A stretch of 63,761 bases of DNA, filler included, from Octopus bimaculoides (lineage: Eukaryota), in the NCBI RefSeq assembly GCF_001194135.2. It is 6 parts of 5 records of this genome, joined end to end, with 100 filler letters (N's around TTAATTAATTAA, not from the genome) between each part and the next. Parts side by side here need not be neighbours in the genome. Positions count along the whole stretch, not along the records: positions 46,204 to 61,524 come from NC_068984.1; positions 61,625 to 63,761 come from NC_068994.1; 4 more parts are not named here. One strand, 5' to 3'. A program made the position numbers and the translations under genes. This document shows positions 51,323-63,761 of the stretch, in pieces; the first letter of the stretch is position 1; the number at the start of each line of letters is the position of its first letter. The notes under the pieces are model-generated. The model saw only the letters and a program-made list of their open reading frames with translations. It did no database searches and had not been told where the DNA came from.

Positions 51323-52738
51323 CACACATACACAGACACGCATTATAGACATTATAGATGATAAATGAGAATTTGTAATTGGAGACAGTGTGTTTATAGT
51401 GTGTGTGTGTTTATGTTTATTTTGTTGTTATTTTATTGTACAATCAACCAACCAACCAGCCAACCAACCAGCCAACTATCCCCCACAACCAGTCAACAAA
51501 CCTGTCAAGTATCTAACCAACTAGAACTGCAGGATCTTTATGGCAGGTTATCATTAAACATGAGTGGCAAGCTCCACCCTTCCTCCCAGTCTTCCCCGTC
51601 ACACTGAGCTTCTACCATTAGCATCATTTCAACCAGTATCATCATCATCATCACAGCTAATGCCAACAGCAACGCTACCACCACCACCACCACTGCTACC
51701 ATTACAGCCGCCGCCCTTGCTGACGCTACTGCGACGACGACCACTACAACTGCTTCCACAGAATGCGAGAAACCGGACTTATGAGCCTGTGGGTCGGGAC
51801 GGACCTTTGATCTTTTTAGTGGAGGCGCGTGGCTTAAGGGCTACAGCGTTGGACTCACGATCGTAAGATTGTGGTTTCCTTTTCTGGACATTGGCGATGC
51901 GTTGTGTTTTTGAGTAAAATAATTCATTTCACATTACTGTAGTTTAATCAGCTGGCAAAAATGAGTAATCTTTCGACGGACTGGTATCCCGGCCAGGAAA
52001 CCGGCCCTGGGCGCTTATGACTCGAGAAGGACTTCTGATTGTTTTTTTGATATGGTATATCATACATCTTATATAAGAGTACTTATATATGTATGTGTAA
52101 GTGTATTTGTATATATGTATGTAGTTAATATACACATATATGGTTAATAAAATTTCCGATGGATTGAAACGAGACGAATTTAAAGCAGCGCAGAGCAGCA
52201 AGAAATTGAAAACAGTCATGAGCAGCCAAATAGAGAATTTGAGAAATATTTGAGAAAAAGATTATTATAACAGTTTCAAATTTTGGCTCAAGGTCAGCAA
52301 TTTTAAGTGAATCTGGTGGGATGGGATGGGATGAGGTAACCGATTACAAATATTTATTTTATGAAAGGAGGAAAGGTAAAGTTGATCTCGGCAGAATTTG
52401 AACCTCGAATGTAAGGAACTAGAAGTAATGCCACAAAGTATGGTTCCCCCAGCATTCCTCCATACAAAAGATTATGATAACACTGAGGAACAGACTTTGT
52501 TGCGAAAAGGCTAAACGATGATTTCCGTTGTTGGTGGAAGCGCCCAGTGGCCCTGCCAGCGAAAATGTTGCAACGAATTTGTGTCTACACAACGAAAAAA
52601 TAAAGGAAGTATTTTTCCACTAACAACCACAGCTATATTACTTTAATACTGGGTGAAAGAACGACTGTACATTTTTGTGGGGAGGAGGTGCAAATGAATC
52701 TCAGTACCATGGTTAATTATGACATAAAATAACTGTGC

Positions 52739-53000
52739 GTGCGCAGAGGACTTGCTAAGATAGGTGAACGAGGACGGAAATACAATCGGGGAATAATGCT
52801 ACCGGATCTGTGGGTTTTCTGTGGTATGTACCAAGAGACTCAGCAGGTGTTACTGCATGTAGAACTATGTCGTGACAATGACACGCTTAGAGAATATATG
52901 AAGGAATCGGTTCTGGGATCTATATATACAGCGGCTTACGGCAAGCCTATTCCCATAACCCAGACATGTTTCTCTACGAATTTCGGCATAAGTGAGCCAA
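52739..53000 (+). mobile_element. Merlin/IS1016-like DDE transposase remnant
   Basis: KIGERGRKYNRGIMLPDLWVFCGMYQETQQVLLHVELCRDNDTLREYMKESVLGSIYT, then shifted RQAYSH and MFLYEFRHK; fits KRKYNRGR...WVFGG...R...TL...GS.I..D.W.AY and YL.EF. Confidence 0.7.
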
Positions 53001-53798
53001 AGTGTCGAATTTGTCAACTCAGGTATGAAATCTACATAAAATTTGAAAGCACATGGAACAACCTTAAAATATTAACTATGCGATGCTATGTTAGTCAATA
53101 TTTTATGATTGACAATTTTCATTAGTTCATTTGTTGTTTTGTTTCGTTTTCTTTCATTAAATATTTTCCATTTATAAAATAGTTGTGTAATTTCTCACAA
53201 AATAATTAAAAAAGAGAAAAATTTTAACTGCAAGAGAAATACATATCCAAAAGCAAACAAAAAGAAACGGTGTCGGAAGTAAACGTGGAAATTCTAACCT
53301 GCAGAGTGTCAAAAATGGACCCATCTGATTTGAACACGGAATGTAAAGACAGACAAAAGGCCGCTTACCGTTTTGACCAGCGTGCCAACGGTTCTGGTAG
53401 TTCGCACATTATCATAAACATATAATAAAATATAAATAGACATTTCAAAAAAGTAATTCAAAATATACAAGATATAAAATAAAAATAACACTAAAACAAT
53501 AACTATAAAATTTACGAATAGAAGTAAAAAAACAAGGAAAAAAATAGGTAAAAAGAATACTTTCACTTCACTAATTATATATTTCCTGGATTGTTTGCTG
53601 TCTTTTGTACGCATCGAACTTCAAAAGAATTTGGCAGTAGTAGTGATGAATGAGGTCAGAGGCTTAAAATTGATAACTCAATCTAAGCGTTCACCGAAAA
53701 CTTTCTTTTGGTTCAGACTCTATTCAAACTCTATTCTCACTCTCTCAATTAATTTCTCTGTCTTTATCTTCTTCCTTTACTCATGAACAAATAAATCA

Positions 53799-53849
<51 letters not shown>

Positions 53850-54408
53850 ATGTAAATATTTCAATATTTCGCTTAGGCATAGCGAGACTAATAAACTTAT
53901 ATATGTAAGGATGTATAAAACACCTGTATGTGTTGGGATTCTCCATGCATAGGGGCCATCCGGATTCCCGCTTTCGCCGTGAACAGGAATTTATCTTGTC
54001 TCTTTGCTTCTTTGCGTCACATGGGCTCAACTCACCACCTCTCTTCATCTGACTCCTCTTCTCTTCGCACTTACTTTGACGCCTACTTCCTCTCTTCACT
54101 CCTACCCACCTTCTCTCTTCATTGATATCCCTCCACAAACATTAGCACTGACCACTTCCCAGGTCCCACACCACACACCATCATCCGCACTCCCACACAC
54201 CATCATCCACACACCCACACACCATCATCCACACATTACAGAGGCACACACACACACACTTGCACATCCACACACTTCAAGGTCACTATCCTCTATCTAC
54301 ACACACACATTCTCACAAACGCACACACGCGCACCTTCGCTTTGGGATCACCAATACTTTATTTCCCCTTCTTTCTAGCTCTCCTGTCAAGCATATTTTT
54401 CCTAACCA

Positions 54409-54548
54409 GTCGCCATGCTTGACCGCTAAGTCCACAAGTTTTTTATTCTCTCTCTGTTTATTTTCTCTTACTTCCTTTCTGTTGAAGAGCAACAACCTGC
54501 TTGTTGCTTATACACCTGTCTTCGTTCTTTGTTTTTCTGTAAATTTCA
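54409..54548 (+). mobile_element. Third copy of the Penelope-like pseudo-LTR family, internally deleted after ctgttgaagagc
   Basis: gtcgccatg..accgctaa..ttttattctctc..ttcctttctgttgaagagc|..acacctgtcttcgttctttgtttttctgtaaatt matches 10378-10580 (-). Confidence 0.65.
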
Positions 54549-54634
54549 ACTACACACGCACACACACACACACACAGAGATATATATATTATATAAGTAT
54601 ATATATATATATATATATTATATATGCATATATA

Positions 54635-55095
54635 CACGAAGTCTGATCAATAAGTATCCAGACTGTTGCCATAGTAACGAAGCTAAAGCACACAGTGTGA
54701 AGCCGCTTGTCGAAGACTGACCTTGAACGCTGCTGTGCATGCGCACTAGGATCTAACTTTCTAGCTCACTTCTGCTGTTTACAGCAGTGCTTGGAAGAAA
54801 GGTGTGTAACGTGTGATCGACGCATTGACCATGACAGAGGCCTACGAAAAGTTTCAGAAAGTGTATGGAGAGGATTGCATGAGCCGCACACAAGTGTGCG
54901 CGTGGTTCAGACATTTTCAAGATGGCCTAAAAAATGATGATATTGACGAAATTTCGGGCACACGCGCAACCAGCAAAACTGAGAAAACCATCGCAGATGT
55001 GCGTGCAGCTGTGAGGAGAAATCGTGAGTTAACAGAGGATTTGCAGATTAGTTACGGTTCAGTTTAGTCGATTATCACTGAAGATCGGGGTATGC
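54635..55095 (+). mobile_element. Mariner-like 5' fragment with TIR-like start
   Basis: Starts after TA with cacgaagtctgatcaataagtatcc; ORF MTEAYEKFQKVYGEDCMSRTQVCAWFRHFQDG..SG.RATSKTE...LQISYGSV is a mariner HTH. Confidence 0.85.
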
Positions 55096-56023
55096 AGGCA
55101 GAATTTAAGGTCAATCTGTGCTAAGTGGCTTTACTCTGAGTGGTTTAACTCCATTACTATGGCAACATTCCGGATACTTATTGATCAAACCCCGAATGCG
55201 TGCATATTTATAGAGTGTTTGAAATAGTGCACAGATATTGTATATCGAGAAAAAGGAGGCAGTCAGACTTTTGGATTATCCAGAATTCTGATTGCCTCCT
55301 TTTTCCCAATATATGTATATATATATACAGTGTGCATTTAAACACATAAGAGAGATGTCCATAGCAGGACATCTAATCCGCTAGAAGGGAGTTGCGTGGG
55401 GTTTAGGTGTTTTGCTCATAAACACATATATCGCCCGGTGTGAACCCGCGATCCCTCAACTGCAGGTCTGCTGCTCTAACTACTAGATTATGTGCTTCCA
55501 CAATCATTAATATAGTATTAAAATTCTGCATATTAATATATCTTTTATTGTGATTATTCCACATATAACTATTCGATTCTCTCTTATATATATAACTGCT
55601 CTCCTTAGCGGTATTTCGTCTGCGTTACGTTCTGGTTTCAAACACCGCCGAGGTCGACTTTGCCTTTCATCATTTCGGGGCCGATTAAGTAAGTACCAGT
55701 TACTTACAGGAGTTGATGTAATCGACTTTTGCCTGTCCTTGTTTGTCTGTCCTTTTGTCTGTCCTTGTTTGTTCCTTCTATATCTAGCCCCCTGTGAGCA
55801 ATAAAGAAATAAATATATAACTACTCTCTGTGCACTGTTAAATCCTTAAACATCTTTTTTAAGATTTTATAAATACTCCAATTTCAACGCTTAGTTAGCA
55901 ATGCCCAATACATTTTGTCCTAAAAAGACATTCCAGCATGGCCGCAGTCAAAATGACTGAAACAAGTAAAAGAGAGATAAAAGAGATATATATACATACA
56001 AACATATATACATTCATATATAC

Positions 56024-56072
<49 letters not shown>

Positions 56073-57363
56073 NNNNNNNNNNNNNNNNNNNNNNNNNNNN
56101 NNNNNNNNNNNNNNNNNNNNNNNNNNNNNNNNNNNNNNNNNNNNNNNNNNNNNNNNNNNNNNNNNNNNNNNNNNNNNNNNNNNNNNNNNNNNNNNNNNNN
56201 NNNNNNNNNNNNNNNNNNNNNNNNNNNNNNNNNNNNNNNNNNNNNNNNNNNNNNNNNNNNNNNNNNNNNNNNNNNNNNNNNNNNNNNNNNNNNNNNNNNN
56301 NNNNNNNNNNNNNNNNNNNNNNNNNNNNNNNNNNNNNNNNNNNNNNNNNNNNNNNNNNNNNNNNNNNNNNNNNNNNNNNNNNNNNNNNNNNNNNNNNNNN
56401 NNNNNNNNNNNNNNNNNNNNNNNNNNNNNNNNNNNNNNNNNNNNNNNNNNNNNNNNNNNNNNNNNNNNNNNNNNNNNNNNNNNNNNNNNNNATATATGAC
56501 TTTAAATGTGGTAAGGGCGTCAGCCTCATAGATTCTGATTTTAGTCTTTGTATTGGGAATTGCTTCCATTTCGTTTTGTAAGTTCCCGGAATGTTGCGAC
56601 TGCTTATCCCAATATTTATTTCCTTATGACGTCACGGTATGATACATATAGTAAAATCTACTATTACCAATAAATAATTATATAACGGGGTACAAACAAA
56701 TACTGCTGTCTTGCGATCAGATGTCTTCTTTGTTGTGAAAAGGCTTTACATTCCCAAGATAGCCTATCGTTTGTTTCTTACAGCTAACTCTCTGTGAACA
56801 ACTTTTGCCGCATCAATACCAAACGCTAGAGCCTAAATGGTAGACTTTAACACCTAGTCCCTGCACTCAACTGTTTCAAGTTGAATAAGATTCCTAATAC
56901 TTTTTACTTGAGGGTGACATCGCTACGTGTTTTCTTGAATGAACACTGAAGTAAGACACTGAATATATATATTCCACACTTCGTATGTATGATTTTGCAT
57001 TTTTTATTTTTTGTAAAGAAACGATTACCCTGAGCAATATTGGAAAGCATGACATTTCATTCAGCCCTAAACTGCTGACTATATCAAATACATTAGTTTG
57101 ATTTAGAAGTTCCTTCTACTCTTGTTTCCACACTCACGGCAACTTTCCTCTAATAACCTTTCTCCTATATTTTTAAACGCTTTAAAATGTTAGAGCAAAT
57201 AATTTTTACTTACTACAGTTGCCCTTGTCCCCGCGTTCTAATTAGCATATATATTCGCTTCGACCCTGTGCTCTGGGATCAAATCACTTCTTTTCAAAGT
57301 CGAGTAAAGTGTTCATGTTTAAGGTTATAAACATGCGATAATGTGGCACAGAAAGAAGTCGAG

Positions 57364-57595
57364 AGGCGGCGAGCTGGCAGAAACGTTAGCGCGCCGGGCG
57401 AAATGCTTAACGGTATTTTGTCTGCCGTTACGTTCGGATTTCGATTCCACCGAGGTCGACTTTGCCTTTCATCCATTCGGGGTCGATAAATTAAGTACCA
57501 GTTAAGCACTGGGGTCGATGTAATCGATTAATCCGTTTGTCTGGTCTTGTTTGTCCCATCTATGTTTAGCCCCTTGTGGGCAATAAAGAAATAAG
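57364..57595 (+). mobile_element. SINE family B, best-preserved copy
   Basis: tRNA-like head (ggcgagctggcagaaacgttagc.cgccgggcgaaatgctta.cggtattt), core gaggtcgactttgcctttcatcc..ggggtcgataaattaagtaccag, tail gggcaataaagaaata. Confidence 0.85.
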
Positions 57596-59450
57596 AAAGA
57601 AGTCGAGTGATAGTATAGAAATTTAACGTATCAAAATGTATGCATGTATGTATGTCTCATCTATTTTTTAATTATTATAAATCTTCTACAGAGGAGGGAG
57701 CGGGTTTCCAACAAAGATACAAGGCTCCATCTTTAGGATGTAGTTAAAACAGACAAATTCACATTTGGAGTTTGAGGAAAGTCTTGCATATTTATACGGT
57801 TCCACTCACAGATTGCATCTGTAATGTACGATTTAGCCTGTCGATTTCTCCTTCTGAAAATCCCAGTATGTATGCATGTATATATGTGTGTGTATGTATG
57901 CATGGATGTATGTAAAGTACGTATGTAAGGATGTTTGCTGTGTGTGCAGGAATACGTGTGTTCAGTGGGTTTCCATGTCATAACCTATTTGTTTGTTTCT
58001 TTCTTCTATCTCTTCTCACTTTCTTCCCCCCACCACACACACGAATGCACACATACACAGACATGCACACACCACACACATGCACACATATAGGGTGCAA
58101 AATGCATACATGCTAAGATGCGTTACTGTATATTGAAATATATACTCATATACATACAAACACACATACATATATGTATGTATGCATGTATGTACGTATG
58201 TAATATATAGTACTTACATATTGATGGACACAAAGAACGAAAAAAGAAAGAAAAACAAGAGAAAGACAAACGATAAAAATTTATATACACAGACACATGG
58301 ATAGATAGGTAGATAGATAAATAAATAGGGAGGCAGGTATTCATACATTTATGAATGAATGAATGGATGAAGACTGTATAAATATATGACTACCTTTATA
58401 GATAACAATATTGATTGACAAGGCTAAATGACCTCCTCTATGGGGTTAATCAATTTTCAAGCGGCATTTATTATTCGGGTGGTATCATTAATAGTACATT
58501 ATAGTAATAGATATAACTATATATATATATATNNNNNNNNNNNNNNNNNNNNNNNNNNNNNNNNNNNNNNNNNNNNNNNNNNNNNNNNNNNNNNNNNNNN
58601 NNNNNNNNNNNNNNNNNNNNNNNNNNNNNNNNNNNNNNNNNNNNNNNNNNNNNNNNNNNNNNNNNNNNNNNNNNNNNNNNNNNNNNNNNNNNNNNNNNNN
58701 NNNNNNNNNNNNNNNNNNNNNNNNNNNNNNNNNNNNNNNNNNNNNNNNNNNNNNNNNNNNNNNNNNNNNNNNNNNNNNNNNNNNNNNNNNNNNNNNNNNN
58801 NNNNNNNNNNNNNNNNNNNNNNNNNNNNNNNNNNNNNNNNNNNNNNNNNNNNNNNNNNNNNNNNNNNNNNNNNNNNNNNNNNNNNNNNNNNNNNNNNNNN
58901 NNNNNNNNNNNNNNNNNNNNNNNNNNNNNNNNNNNNNNNNNNNNNNNNNNNNNNNNNNNNNNNNNNNNNNNNNNNNNNNNNNNNNNNNNNNNNNNNNNNN
59001 NNNNNNNNNNNNNNNNNNNNNNNNNNNNNNNNNNNNNNNNNNNNNNNNNNNNNNNNNNNNNNNNNNNNNNNNNNNNNNNNNNNNNNNNNNNNNNNNNNNN
59101 NNNNNNNNNNNNNNNNNNNNNNNNNNNNNNNNNNNNNNNNNNNNNNNNNNNNNNNNNNNNNNNNNNNNNNNNNNNNNNNNNNNNNNNNNNNNNNNNNNNN
59201 NNNNNNNNNNNNNNNNNNNNNNNNNNNNNNNNNNNNNNNNNNNNNNNNNNNNNNNNNNNNNNNNNNNNNNNNNNNNNNNNNNNNNNNNNNNNNNNNNNNN
59301 NNNNNNNNNNNNNNNNNNNNNNNNNNNNNNNNNNNNNNNNNNNNNNNNNNNNNNNNNNNNNNNNNNNNNNNNNNNNNNNNNNNNNNNNNNNNNNNNNNNN
59401 NNNNNNNNNNNNNNNNNNNNNNNNNNNNNNNNNNNNNNNNNNNNNNNNNN

Positions 59451-59502
<52 letters not shown>

Positions 59503-59600
59503 TATATGCATACACAGATAAATGAATGTGTATATATATACACACACACATACGTACACACGCGCACGCGTGTGCTCACACACAGACATATATACATGTA

Positions 59601-60872
59601 CACAGACACGACAGAAGTAAATAGACATCCCATAAAACATCGTTTTATGTTTATTTTAATTTGTAAAGGTTTATATCTTTTATTAATTGGCATTTTTATG
59701 TTTCAGGTTCTATAAGTGACTGCTTAATTATGTCACATACAAAAGTAGCCTTGTAACTGTCCGAATTTCAAAGAGGCCGTATTGTGGGTAAATCTGAAGG
59801 TAGACTTAGTCACCGTAAAATCGTAGAAAACCTTGGTATCTTGCTTTCTGAAAAATAATAGAGTGATTCTGCTATTCACCAGAAAGAGAGGGGGGAATCC
59901 TCATCACCTTGCTCAGGTCGACCAGGGTCCTCTGAAAGGTGCCTTCGTTTTGCTAAGAGAAGAGTGGAGGATAATCCTCGTTGCTAGGCCTCTGATATAG
60001 CAGAACAAGTTCAGAACAGCTGTCAGGTATCTTCACAAACTTGGCTAGTATGGCAGAGCAGCAAACTGGAAGCTACTTCTTCGACCAGTAATACCAAGTG
60101 GAGAAAAGACTGGGCCTGTGAGAAGGGGGAGAGTCCATTAGCATTTTGAGAGACTGTCACATTCTCTGACGAGTTCAGATTTCCTGCATTTTCTGACAAT
60201 GCTAGAGTGTGGGTCTGGAGACTCTGTGATCAAGAATTTGATGTGAAAAGATTGAAGCCAACAATAAAATACGGTGGCTGTTCTGTGATGGTCTGGAGAG
60301 CAATTTGGAGCATTGGTCGATCAGAGCTGGTGGAGTGTGAGGGAAACATAAACTAAGATAAATATGTATCCATATTGAAGAAAAGACTCCTTCCGATCTT
60401 CCCCAGTGGTGAAATTATTAAAGAAGATTCTTTATGTATGGAAGATGGGACTCCTTGTCACACAGCTAAACTGACCCAAGATTTCTCGGAAGAGAATGGT
60501 GCTTCCATGGACAAACCAATCACCAGATATGAACCTTATTGAACACCTCTGGGACATAATGGACAGGACACTTCCTAAAAAGCACCATAAAAGGATCCTC
60601 AAAGCCAAATTTTTCAGATTACTACATGATTACTACATGAATTACTTCAGATTACTACATGAAACTTGGCAAGAAATTCCGCAAGAGAAACTTCATCGTT
60701 TGATCAGTGGTTTGCCTAATAGCGTCCTTCCATTTAAAAATGCTACGGGCATGTCTATTAAATATTAAATATTCACATCATAATAATTGATAAATAATTT
60801 GAATGTATAATTTCAGATTTAAATAAATTTTCACGATTATAAGGTTGCATATTTACTTCTGACATGCCTGTG
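59601..60872 (+). mobile_element. Full-length (1272 bp) defective Tc1-like transposon with TIRs and TA target duplication
   Basis: TA at 59599-59600 and 60873-60874; left TIR cacagacacgacagaagtaaata vs right reverse complement cacaggcatgtcagaagtaaata; transposase motifs VTFSDEFRF, PTIKYGGCSVMVW, EDGTPCHTAK, WTNQSPDMNLIEHLW; stops and frameshifts. Confidence 0.93.
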
Positions 60873-61491
60873 TATAGTATTTGAAAGTCAAAAACAAAAT
60901 GGGTCGTCATATAAAATCAAATGGTTGAAAATACTAAAACAAAAAAATGACCCCGCTGTTCAACATAACGATTTTCTTCTTTATATTTTATCAAGTTTTT
61001 CTTCTTTCAGCTTTTTATTCATTTCATATCTGTTGTCTTATCATTAAATTGGTTATTTATTAGCGTCTGCCCTGCTTTCGTCCGTTTGTTTTAGGTTTGA
61101 AATTGCTGTTTCACTGTCGCCCTTATTCTATGTTCTGAATACATGAAGGTTCCATGCTCCATGTCACCAACAAAGGTTTGCTGCTTTTCTTTCTTTCATT
61201 AATCCATTCGTTCATTCGTTAAAAATACCCTTCATTCTCCCATTAGTACATTTTTTGTTTTGTTTTATACTCTATTTGTGTGTTTCCTAATTTTCTTCTT
61301 TCTTTTAACTTCCCCCACTCCTCTCATAACCACATTCTTTGTTTCTTTTTTCTTCTCCTCCTTTCTTGCATTGATTGTGTGCCCCTATTCCGTGTTTATC
61401 GACCCGTTAACATGTACATAACTGTATGCATATGCACCCGTGTGTATATGTGCGTGTATGTGTGTATGTGTTTATACATATACGTATATAC

Positions 61492-61524
<33 letters not shown>

Positions 61525-61639
61525 NNNNNNNNNNNNNNNNNNNNNNNNNNNNNNNNNNNNNNNNNNNNTTAATTAATTAANNNNNNNNNNNNNNNNNNNN
61601 NNNNNNNNNNNNNNNNNNNNNNNNATATATAAGATAATC

Positions 61640-62030
61640 AATAAAAGAACTATTACTACAAAGGAAGTACTTTTTGCATTCCCCAAGGCATGTTATATAA
61701 GGAAAATGAAGTTGCAATAGAGGTCTCCAATGACAACTTTTTCTGCGTTCTTTTTTTTTTATAAGAATATAAGACAAAGTGGTATCCAGATATGATCATA
61801 CGAAATACACAAGGCATGTGGACGATATATTCGTTGCAATGTAGTCATCAGAAGATGTCGAAGGATTAATAAAAGACCTAGAAAACAGGTCTGCACGAAC
61901 TGAGGTTTCATTATCCAAAACAGTATAAGCAAAACACAGCATTACCATGACTTTATGTCTAGACAGAAAACCCAAATGAAAACATAAGATATATCACGTC
62001 CGTCTGTATTAAAGACAGAAATAATTGATT
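61640..62030 (+). mobile_element. Penelope-like reverse transcriptase remnant
   Basis: TTKEVLFAFP/GMLYKENEVAI (cf. CT.E.PF..P.G.LY.Q.DGVAMGS), YTRHVDDIFVAM*SSEDVEGLIKDLENRS (RYVDDIF catalytic motif), YITSVCIKD. Confidence 0.65.
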
Positions 62031-63204
62031 TAGACACATTGAAATTCCAATTAGAGTGTTTCTTTTCTTGTTTTCGGAGAATGTCTACTGTTATGTTTAG
62101 ATTCTTTCATTTATTTACTTCCCTCTCAGTTTCAAGTTACAATCCAAATATTCATTATGTTGAACATTGTCCTTCCGTAAACTGGTTAAAATCCCTTTGT
62201 TTTGTTAGTGCCTGCAATAGCATCGTTTTTATATTCTATTTCTTCCAGTTTCTTAAGTAGCCTTTACTGGTTATTTCGAAAGAACCAGTTCTACCTGAAT
62301 TGTTCAATTATACATTCGTAGATTTAAATTCGAGCACTTTTTGACGCCTTTTGATTCAAGCGTTTTATTATTACATTAATTCCTTTCTCTTTGATCTTAT
62401 ACGCTGTCATTGGCCTCTCTCATAGATCTGTTACTAATTTATTTTGTAATGATTCAAGTTTCCCGTTCTCTTTTCGTAGCCAGTTAATTTGACCATTAAG
62501 TCCTCTTCCAACAAAGCACTGTTTTCTTTATATTTGGTCTCTTCTTTACGCTTGCTACAATACATGCTGCTCTGTGTAATTTATTAGATTGCTTGTCTCA
62601 CAATCGTCAAGTCACCTTCGATGCTTATGATGGAAGTAGTCATGACCTGACAAAAAATAAACATGCACAAGTATATATAGATATCATTTGGATGGTGATT
62701 CGCTCCGCTAATTTCATCCAATCTTTAAAGATGTTGCTTTCCATCCAATAAAAATCACCGTCCACATGATGCAGGCTCACTGCAGTTGCTAGTTTAGTAA
62801 CCTACGGCCCAAGGAAATTCATGGTTACAAGTAGCAAGATCTTAGGGTGATTTTTCTCCCTTACAAAAGGTACAATTATTATCATGATTATTGATTCGAC
62901 TTATGTTTGGTCTTATTCCTGACAGGATTTATGTGGGTAGCAGGATACTATATGTAGTCTTAGGTATCCACTAACATTCAATAGTCTTTTATTATTGTGA
63001 AAATTTTCCTTGATATCAACTGTATTTACACATTATCCACCGTGAGATAGATTTGGGATATGATGTTCTTAGTATGTTGGATGGTAATATGATGTCGAGA
63101 AGTGTTGGACTGGGTAAATTTTATAAAAAAAAAAAGTACGTGTACACAAGAGTGCTAAATAACAATGCTATAAAACTATCAACATTAAATTGATTGTGAC
63201 CTGA

Positions 63205-63558
63205 CCTACTATTATTATTACTATTATTATTATTATTGAGTGAGAGAGCAGTGCATGCCATCAAACTGACACTAGGGTAAAATATATGAAGCCCAGTATA
63301 CCCATCTTGACTACCCGTCTGATAAGGGTACACCAGGCACATGCATAACAACCATATGTGCGCGACATGATCTCATATCAAGATAAATAGCGCATGACCT
63401 TACAGGTGAGGCCCAGTTAGAATTTTCGTCTGGTCGAGTAGCCCATCCTGCTCAAAAGGTCCTTGAATAAGAGTTGCTTAAGGATGTTGAACGAAACACT
63501 CGCGTTTCCAGATGTCAATTATTCAAACCCCAAAGAATTCCTCTCAACACATGGCTTT
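63205..63558 (-). repeat. Dispersed repeat family F, 3' part with (AAT)n tail
   Basis: Overlaps 18030-18368 in sequence; minus strand ends gcactgctctctcactcaataataataat. Confidence 0.6.
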
Positions 63559-63571
63559 TAAAAATAGTTAA

Positions 63572-63603
<32 letters not shown>

Positions 63604-63606
<3 letters not shown>

Positions 63607-63761
63607 ACAAGAAACCGGAATTTTGCAATATCATTTTATTCACTTAGTTTTACTTTTTTTACACTTTTTTCTCCATTTGAAGCAATGCATTGATCCAGAC
63701 GCATTTTCCGTCCACATCTGCAAAATGTTTTCCTTTGAGGACCTTTTTCATTTGGGGGAAC
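63604..63761 (-). mobile_element. Mariner 3' end, internally deleted, cut by window edge
   Basis: Minus strand FPQMKKVLKGKHFADVD, then RLDQCIASNGE, the typical mariner C-terminus. Confidence 0.75.

Noticed and set aside
62700-63120. Possible RLE-domain remnant on the minus strand (SGIRPNI)
   Set aside because: Single weak motif; insufficient.

Overview
Eukaryotic, AT-rich, repeat-saturated genomic scaffold with many N gaps, some holding an artificial TTAATTAATTAA linker. The repeat landscape (dense TA/CA/TATC/AAT microsatellites, several tRNA-derived SINE families, mariner/Tc1, RTE and Penelope remnants) and the gene type point to an octopus genome (inference). One intact host gene is visible: an intronless 380-aa Cys-loop ligand-gated ion channel at 40845-39703 (minus strand). 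It keeps the nicotinic-receptor fold and a cation-type M2 (GEK) but has lost the acetylcholine aromatic cage and loop-C vicinal cysteines. This fits the cephalopod chemotactile ('taste by touch') receptor family. It also shows unusual M2 and M2-M3 substitutions. The rest is decayed mobile DNA. Notable items are three minimal hammerhead-ribozyme-like motifs beside a Naiad-type Penelope remnant, four unrelated inverted-repeat/hairpin elements, an (AAT)n-embedded Dong/R4-like LINE end nested inside a SINE, a Merlin/IS1016-like remnant and a TA-flanked full-length Tc1. All calls were made by eye with no database search; repeat boundaries are approximate unless stated.
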